From a virus (taxonomy: Duplodnaviria > Caudoviricetes), in IMG/VR virus record IMGVR_UViG_3300007214_000006: 64,000 bases of DNA; one strand, given 5' to 3'. Positions within the stretch are counted from its first letter, which is position 1, and each line of letters begins with the position of its first letter. Positions 58,635 to 64,000 of the stretch are shown here, piece after piece. The notes below the pieces were generated by a model, which was not told the origin of the DNA, searched no databases, and saw only the letters and a program-made list of their open reading frames with translations. Position numbers and translations under genes: made by a program.

Positions 58635-60953
58635 TTATGGGGTTCCACCATCTATAATAAAGTTTACTAAATATGTTGTACTACTAACACCACTAATACT
58701 ATTACTAACATAAGTAGCTTTAGAATCCCATGTTAATGAACCACTAATGCCACTCACTGTAATTAGTCTAGCAGCAAAGCTTTCATTATTATCTCTTAAT
58801 ACCACAGAATTACTACTGGTTGATGAACTAACTGAGTATCCATTATTTAGAGTAGTACCATCAGTTCCACTCCAAGTTGGAATATATCCACTTGTGCGAC
58901 CAGCATATGCTATCATCTGAGAATTATTGCTTACATTATTTAAGCTTAAATCAGATTTAAGATTACTAATGCTTCGTGCTGTTATGGTATGTAAACCATT
59001 TGTTGGATCTGTGCCTGTAAATACTGGTATAAAAGTACTAGTGGTGCTGGTACTTGGTACGGTATATCTAATAGATTTCTTAAAATCGAAAGTACCGGAC
59101 ACATTACTATCAAAAACTAGATTATTTGCAAGTCCTTGCCAAGAAATGGTTGCGGTATCAGAGCCATCTTGGAATGTTAAGGTACCAGTTCCATTACTCA
59201 AAGTTTTAATGCCAACATTGGTCGTGGATCCATTATCAAATGTTTTGACACCACTAACTGTCTGAGTGCCAGTTACTATTACCACAACATTAGTATCAAC
59301 AGCCACAGTGTCACTCAGAACACTAATACCATATCCTGCACCAACATTCAAAGTTGGATTACCGCTTAAAGATAGCGCAGTGCTACCATCCAAGCCGCTA
59401 CCAGGAGTTATGGTTCTATCGGATGCTAGTTTATTATTTAGTTGAGTTTGAATGCTACTACTAACACCACTCAAATGACTAAGTTCTGTTAGTGTTGGAG
59501 ATCCTGTGGATACAAGTTGTTTATTACCATCAAATATTGCTATAGTACTGTTTGTGGCACCAGTAACAAAGATATTACTTCCACTAATAGCTCCAGTACT
59601 AACTAATGATCCGAGTTTGATGCGACCAAGAGTTCCAGCACCATAATCATTACCATCAATAGTGCCAGTGGTGGAACTAAGAAAAGAGAATTCGCTATTT
59701 TGAGAGTCCCATCCCATGAAACCTGTGGTTGCGGCGCCAGCACCACCCCAATACCTAAATAAAATGCCTCTGTCTAATCCATCATTAATGATAGTTCCTG
59801 TACCGCCAAGGGTAATAACAGGATCCTCAACTTGCATAGTTGAAACATTAGCTGTTATAGTATCTCCTCCGATAACAAGATTTCCGCCAACAGTAACATC
59901 TCCTGTTGTTGTTAAGCTCGTGATACTAAGATTCGGATTGAGACCAACAGAAGGATTGCCTAAAACTCCATCTCCATTACCTATCCATATATTGGTACCA
60001 CTAGCTCCTATGGTTCTAGCAAGTATATTGGTTCCTGATCTTGTTATCAAACCATTAGTGCTTAGATTATGAAGAGCTAATGCCTGACCACTAAGAGATA
60101 GTGTCGCAGAATTATTTATAAAATCTAATCTAAGTCCAGTACTAGCAACCAGGGCCGTATCAACACAACTGGCCACACCACTACAGAAATTTGTAATATC
60201 TGTATAAACATGCTGATGTCCACTTAAGCTAACAGGAAAAACATCAATTCCTACTGTGCCTCCTGATGGTCCAACAAGAGGAGTATTTGAAAAATATGTG
60301 TTACCTTTGAAAACAGTAGGATCGCCAGAATACGTAATTGCACCTCTAGCATATATATCAGAAACAAGGGTGATATCAATAGCTCCACCAAGAACCAACT
60401 CTCCATTAACAAACAAATCATCTGTTGTTACTCTACCACTACCTCCATGGATAAATACTCCGCTATATCCTGATATAACTATACTTTGTCCACTAGCTGG
60501 TCCACTAGTATAAAAAGTATTGCCACTCACGCTATTTGTAATGCTAGTTATACCGGTAATATTGCTTTTTAAACCTATAGTAAAACCACTACCGCTAGGA
60601 TGAGTTAAGCCATTTCCTCCAACAGAATATTGACTTAATGTTATGTTGCTTCCAGAAGATAATGGGCTATGTATGGTATACTTATTAGTTGAACTATCAA
60701 AAATAGTACCTATACCGCTACCAGGATTAAGATCAGATCCTCCTGCGTATGGTAGATTTATCCATGTAGCTAATGATCCATCTATGTATTTACCTATTTT
60801 AAATCTACCAGTATCAATTTCGTATCCAATTTCACCCTCTTCTAGTTGTATAGAGTTAGTCCATTTGACTCCTGTTGGGGTGCTACCAATTACACCGCTA
60901 GCATAACTTGATGAATAACCTCTTCTTACTTGAATTCTAGTATTAACTGGCAT
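58635..60953 (-). CDS. Second fibre protein with an Mtd-N-type N-terminus (772 aa)
   Basis: RIQVRRG..W....LEEGEIGYEIDTGRFKIG; ends IIDGGTP. Confidence 0.78.
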   Translation of the reverse strand: MPVNTRIQVRRGYSSSYASGVIGSTPTGVKWTNSIQLEEGEIGYEIDTGRFKIGKYIDGSLATWINLPYAGGSDLNPGSGIGTIFDSSTNKYTIHSPLSSGSNITLSQYSVGGNGLTHPSGSGFTIGLKSNITGITSITNSVSGNTFYTSGPASGQSIVISGYSGVFIHGGSGRVTTDDLFVNGELVLGGAIDITLVSDIYARGAITYSGDPTVFKGNTYFSNTPLVGPSGGTVGIDVFPVSLSGHQHVYTDITNFCSGVASCVDTALVASTGLRLDFINNSATLSLSGQALALHNLSTNGLITRSGTNILARTIGASGTNIWIGNGDGVLGNPSVGLNPNLSITSLTTTGDVTVGGNLVIGGDTITANVSTMQVEDPVITLGGTGTIINDGLDRGILFRYWGGAGAATTGFMGWDSQNSEFSFLSSTTGTIDGNDYGAGTLGRIKLGSLVSTGAISGSNIFVTGATNSTIAIFDGNKQLVSTGSPTLTELSHLSGVSSSIQTQLNNKLASDRTITPGSGLDGSTALSLSGNPTLNVGAGYGISVLSDTVAVDTNVVVIVTGTQTVSGVKTFDNGSTTNVGIKTLSNGTGTLTFQDGSDTATISWQGLANNLVFDSNVSGTFDFKKSIRYTVPSTSTTSTFIPVFTGTDPTNGLHTITARSISNLKSDLSLNNVSNNSQMIAYAGRTSGYIPTWSGTDGTTLNNGYSVSSSTSSNSVVLRDNNESFAARLITVSGISGSLTWDSKATYVSNSISGVSSTTYLVNFIIDGGTP

Positions 60954-60974
60954 TGTTTCCCCTTTGTTTTAAAT

Positions 60975-61331
60975 TTATGGATTACCACAATCAAATTCAT
61001 ACTGATCTAAATATCCATCTAAACCCACATTGTTATTACCCCAAAGAAGACTATCAACATGCACCGCAGCATTATCTGTTAAAAATTCAGTGATATAATT
61101 TCCCAATCCGTCTATTCTGCTATAATGTAAATTACCACTAATTTTACTCATGGGTATATTATCAGGTAAGTCGCTCCAAAGAATTTTTTCTGTATTAACA
61201 ATTTCTATATTAAAACTTTCTGATCTTTCTATTTCAATATTATTAATATTTTCTATAAAACTAGTACTAACATCCAAATAATGAATTGTTGGTTCTAATA
61301 TTTCCAAAGTAAAATCGCTCATGTGGCACAC
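60975..61331 (-). CDS. Hypothetical acidic virion protein
   Basis: 118-aa ORF ending FDCGNP. Confidence 0.6.
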   Translation of the reverse strand: MCHMSDFTLEILEPTIHYLDVSTSFIENINNIEIERSESFNIEIVNTEKILWSDLPDNIPMSKISGNLHYSRIDGLGNYITEFLTDNAAVHVDSLLWGNNNVGLDGYLDQYEFDCGNP

Positions 61332-61741
61332 TCCAATCCAGAACCAGACTGACTGTATCTCTTTACCAAATTAATTGTGCCAAATAGTATTCTAACTGTA
61401 TATTTACCACCTTCATTAATGGTTCCATCACCATAAAAAGGTTCATTTGATTGTAATTCAAGATCATATTTTGCAGTTGTAAAATTAAATTGATTGGTTG
61501 TATGGGAAGGCAACATAAAAGTTAACTTTCCAGCCTCATCATTAATTATAAACTTATATACACCCTGATTAGTAATATTATCAGAGCTGAAAATTTGTAA
61601 TAGTCCTGTGTTAGTTTTCCATGTTAACCTAGCGCAATAATTGGTCAAATCTATAGGTATACCAGCAGAATCTTTATAAATAATACTGAGTTTAAAAGAT
61701 GATCCTTGTTCTATAGCAAAATCATATTTGCTTGCTGCCAT
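61319..61741 (-). CDS. EQGS Ig-like virion protein, paralogue of the 49743-50816 N-terminus
   Basis: MAASKYDFAIEQGSSF..PIDLTNYCARL vs MAAAIYNFFIEQGSFF..PIDLTNYCIRL. Confidence 0.7.
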   Translation of the reverse strand: MAASKYDFAIEQGSSFKLSIIYKDSAGIPIDLTNYCARLTWKTNTGLLQIFSSDNITNQGVYKFIINDEAGKLTFMLPSHTTNQFNFTTAKYDLELQSNEPFYGDGTINEGGKYTVRILFGTINLVKRYSQSGSGLECAT

Positions 61742-61774
61742 AGTAATAATGCCTTTATATTTTAAGAGTATACT

Positions 61775-61786
61775 ATTAAATACACC
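61775..61786 (-). promoter_or_regulatory. Putative late promoter motif GGTGTATTTAAT
   Basis: Immediately after the capsid terminator, 40 nt upstream of the ATG at 61741. Confidence 0.55.
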
Positions 61787-61787
61787 T

Positions 61788-61820
61788 AAAAAAAAAGGCC
61801 AGCCGGGTTGGCTAGCCTTT
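61788..61820 (-). terminator. Rho-independent terminator after the major capsid gene
   Basis: 11-bp stem (one G-U pair on the minus strand), 5-nt loop, U-tract. Confidence 0.85.
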
Positions 61821-61850
61821 AATTTTTAGATATAAAGATTATCTAATAGA

Positions 61851-62861
61851 TCATAGAGATCCAAGGATTACCCTACGATTATCTAGAACAGCAAAGCCCT
61901 GTTCAGCCCAACCGTAGAAGCCAGCTCTCTTTTGACGATGTAGTGTTTCATCCTCAAAGATCTGAACTTGTTCACGAACTGGCATAATGAAACTGTCTCT
62001 CTTGCGTAGATCAAGACCAACAACAATTTCACTATCACCCTGTGGTAGTGTGGCTTGTAGAACATTGCTATAAAATAGCTGATATTCTTGTCCAACACCC
62101 AACTCATCTCTATCGTGTAGATTAACACCGAAGACTCTATTAAGAGTGCCGTCAGCGGCTGTATAGATCTCACGACGTGTAATTTCGTCGATTTGATCGA
62201 TACCCCAGTTACGGATATCTTCCATAGCTTCTGGACTAACATAAAGGTCTGTCAAGATACCACGGTTGGTACTAGCACTATTACCGCCGCCATTTCTACG
62301 CATGACAGTCTTTAATAGACTTACTAACCTCTTGGTAAATTGATTCGCTGAAGCATCGCTATCGTATACAACGATATTACGATCAACAGCAGCAGCAAGA
62401 ATAGTGTGCCAACCGTCATCATTCATTTTCTTAACAAATGAACCTTCTAGCACTTCCATGGCACGACCAACAACATCCCATCGAGCATCACGAGCATACT
62501 TTAGTAAGTAGTCGATTGATGATCCTATGTCATAGGTTGGAACCATAACATAGTCACTCTCAATATGCTTCTCAGGAATATAGCCGTGATTAGGAATCGT
62601 ATAGGCTACAAAGTCTTTTTCTGTTCCAGGAGCTAGGAAATCTAGTGGAAACTCAGGAGTAGCACCTTGTTGAAGCTGAATAGGCTCAAAGATGCCATCT
62701 AGAATATCACCACTAAGAAGACCTTTTCTCAATGGAAGCTCTAGCGCTTTTGCAAATTCTGCATTGGCAGCAAGAGCAACTTCTCTGTTTTGCGAGCCAG
62801 AACGAACAAGAAGTTCTGTTAATTCTGGCGAAGGCTGAAATCTTTCTGTTTTTGCTGACAT
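61851..62861 (-). CDS. Major capsid protein (HK97-fold, inferred)
   Basis: 336 aa; codon usage distinct from neighbours; strong terminator; LTDLYVSPE, IVVGLDL, GFYGWAEQGFAVLD; follows scaffold and decoration genes. Confidence 0.85.
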   Translation of the reverse strand: MSAKTERFQPSPELTELLVRSGSQNREVALAANAEFAKALELPLRKGLLSGDILDGIFEPIQLQQGATPEFPLDFLAPGTEKDFVAYTIPNHGYIPEKHIESDYVMVPTYDIGSSIDYLLKYARDARWDVVGRAMEVLEGSFVKKMNDDGWHTILAAAVDRNIVVYDSDASANQFTKRLVSLLKTVMRRNGGGNSASTNRGILTDLYVSPEAMEDIRNWGIDQIDEITRREIYTAADGTLNRVFGVNLHDRDELGVGQEYQLFYSNVLQATLPQGDSEIVVGLDLRKRDSFIMPVREQVQIFEDETLHRQKRAGFYGWAEQGFAVLDNRRVILGSL

Positions 62862-62875
62862 TTTTTTCTCCCTTA

Positions 62876-63334
62876 TCAGGTGATATTGATATCTACTTTG
62901 ACATAACCATCAGAATCTTTGCCGCCAAGGAATCTTCCAACTTTGGTGCTATCTGTACTAACAGTTGTTAACTTGCCTGTGTTATCATAATAAGCATCAG
63001 CACCAGCTGTTGGGGATACTCCAGTGGCAACTACGTTAGTAGTAACTTGACCCTGACGTAGTAGAGTAACTTTACCACCAACTTGCATTTCGTCACGGAA
63101 CCAATTAATGTGTTGTCTTGTTAGATCAAGATTAACAACATCGTTCAGTAATAGACCAGCTGGTTTTGTTCCAGCTAGAACTCCGGTTGGATATGTTACA
63201 ACAGCATTAGCATCATCCATTGAAACACCAGATCCACTGGTTAGATGAACGACCACGCCGCCTCTTTCAGCAACTGTGTTCATGAAGTATGAAATGTCTG
63301 TGTAAGCTTCGATACGATCTGGTTTAAGAGCCAT
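62876..63334 (-). CDS. Capsid decoration/cement protein
   Basis: 152 aa immediately upstream of MCP; PAGLLLNDVV..G.VTT..VGRFL..DSDGYVKVDINI. Confidence 0.7.
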   Translation of the reverse strand: MALKPDRIEAYTDISYFMNTVAERGGVVVHLTSGSGVSMDDANAVVTYPTGVLAGTKPAGLLLNDVVNLDLTRQHINWFRDEMQVGGKVTLLRQGQVTTNVVATGVSPTAGADAYYDNTGKLTTVSTDSTKVGRFLGGKDSDGYVKVDINIT

Positions 63335-63348
63335 TTTATTCTCCCTTA

Positions 63349-64000
63349 TTAGAGTTTTTTACCTAATCTGCTGGAAACAAATTCTACTAATGCTGCTCTG
63401 GTGGTTTCGGCAGAATCATCTACTTCTCCACCAACACCAAGATTAACTTGTTCTTCGACTTCAACATTTTCTAAAGCGGCTTCGGTTATAACTTCAGTTT
63501 TTTTGACCTCTTCAGTAATTTCTTCTGATTTGGTCTTCATATCTTCTGTTTTAACCTTCTTTTTCATAACAGCAGCTAATGATGTGACTGCTTCAAAAGT
63601 TTCGTCGTCTAAAGATTCAAGTTTGTCTACTGTGGCTTGAGCTTCTTCATTGTCTAAGCCATTTTCTATAAGAGCAGCCATTCTTTTCATCTTCTTTTCT
63701 TTTTTCATCATTTCTTCTTCTTTACCCTTGTATGCTGCGATAACTTCTAAAGCAGCATCGAGTTCAGACTTGGTTTTTTTATATTCTTCCATTTTTTCTT
63801 TCATGTCTTCGTCAGCTTTTTTAGCAGCTAATTCTTTTTCAGAATTAAGTAATTCTAGCGCTGCTGTTATCTCAGCTATCTTAGCTTCATGGTTTTTTAT
63901 TGTTTCATTATTTGCCTTGATAACGTCTTCTAGAGATGCGATTGTGTCTGAGGCTGATTGAGCTGTTTTAGCCTCCATAGCTTCTATCTTGGATTTGATT
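63349..64000 (-). CDS. Scaffold (or protease-scaffold) protein, 5'-truncated by the window edge
   Basis: E/K-rich coiled coil; the frame stays open from 63978 to the window end (IKSKIEAM...). Confidence 0.7.
   Translation of the reverse strand, partial: IKSKIEAMEAKTAQSASDTIASLEDVIKANNETIKNHEAKIAEITAALELLNSEKELAAKKADEDMKEKMEEYKKTKSELDAALEVIAAYKGKEEEMMKKEKKMKRMAALIENGLDNEEAQATVDKLESLDDETFEAVTSLAAVMKKKVKTEDMKTKSEEITEEVKKTEVITEAALENVEVEEQVNLGVGGEVDDSAETTRAALVEFVSSRLGKKL

Larger units (their letters stand above)
1..64000. other. Segment of a jumbo tailed-phage genome: replication/glycosylation block plus complete head-to-tail-tip morphogenesis operon
   Basis: Capsid, head-tail joining, tail tube, TMP and fibre genes in one co-oriented block; almost no intergenic space; no bacterial housekeeping genes. 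Confidence 0.93.

Noticed and set aside
60885-61570. Additional TACACC (GGTGTA) hits at ~60891 and ~61559
   Set aside because: Inside coding sequence (Gly-Val codons) and not positioned like the intergenic copies
1-64000. Alternative genetic code, tRNAs, CRISPR, integrase
   Set aside because: Standard code gives uninterrupted multi-kb ORFs with tight coupling; no intergenic space or sequence pattern for these elements was seen

Overview
The window is a gene-dense, AT-rich segment of a very large tailed phage (jumbo Caudoviricetes). It is siphovirus-like, with no tail sheath gene visible. No tRNA, rRNA, CRISPR array, integrase or reverse transcriptase was seen. It has two convergent blocks. 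(1) Plus strand, 1-8866: SSB, a nine-gene glycosyltransferase/NTP-transferase-like cluster, a DUF559/Vsr-like nuclease, a putative ssDNA-annealing protein and a Zn-ribbon protein. (2) Minus strand, 64000 down to 8868, the morphogenesis operon: scaffold (partial), decoration protein, major capsid protein, a ~10 kb fibre cassette, head-tail joining genes, tail tube, chaperones, a 3965-aa tape measure protein (TMP) and giant tail-tip proteins. The most striking observations are these. The TMP carries a HAD-phosphatase domain and two PD-(D/E)xK nuclease-like domains in cassettes bounded by five copies of a GG-flanked module, suggesting a TMP-borne injected-effector system. A tail protein contains a circularly permuted FGE-sulfatase/C-type-lectin domain. 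Most of the glycosylation cluster looks catalytically degenerate. A GGTGTA motif recurs upstream of late genes. All domain calls are by-eye motif recognition; no database searches were run.
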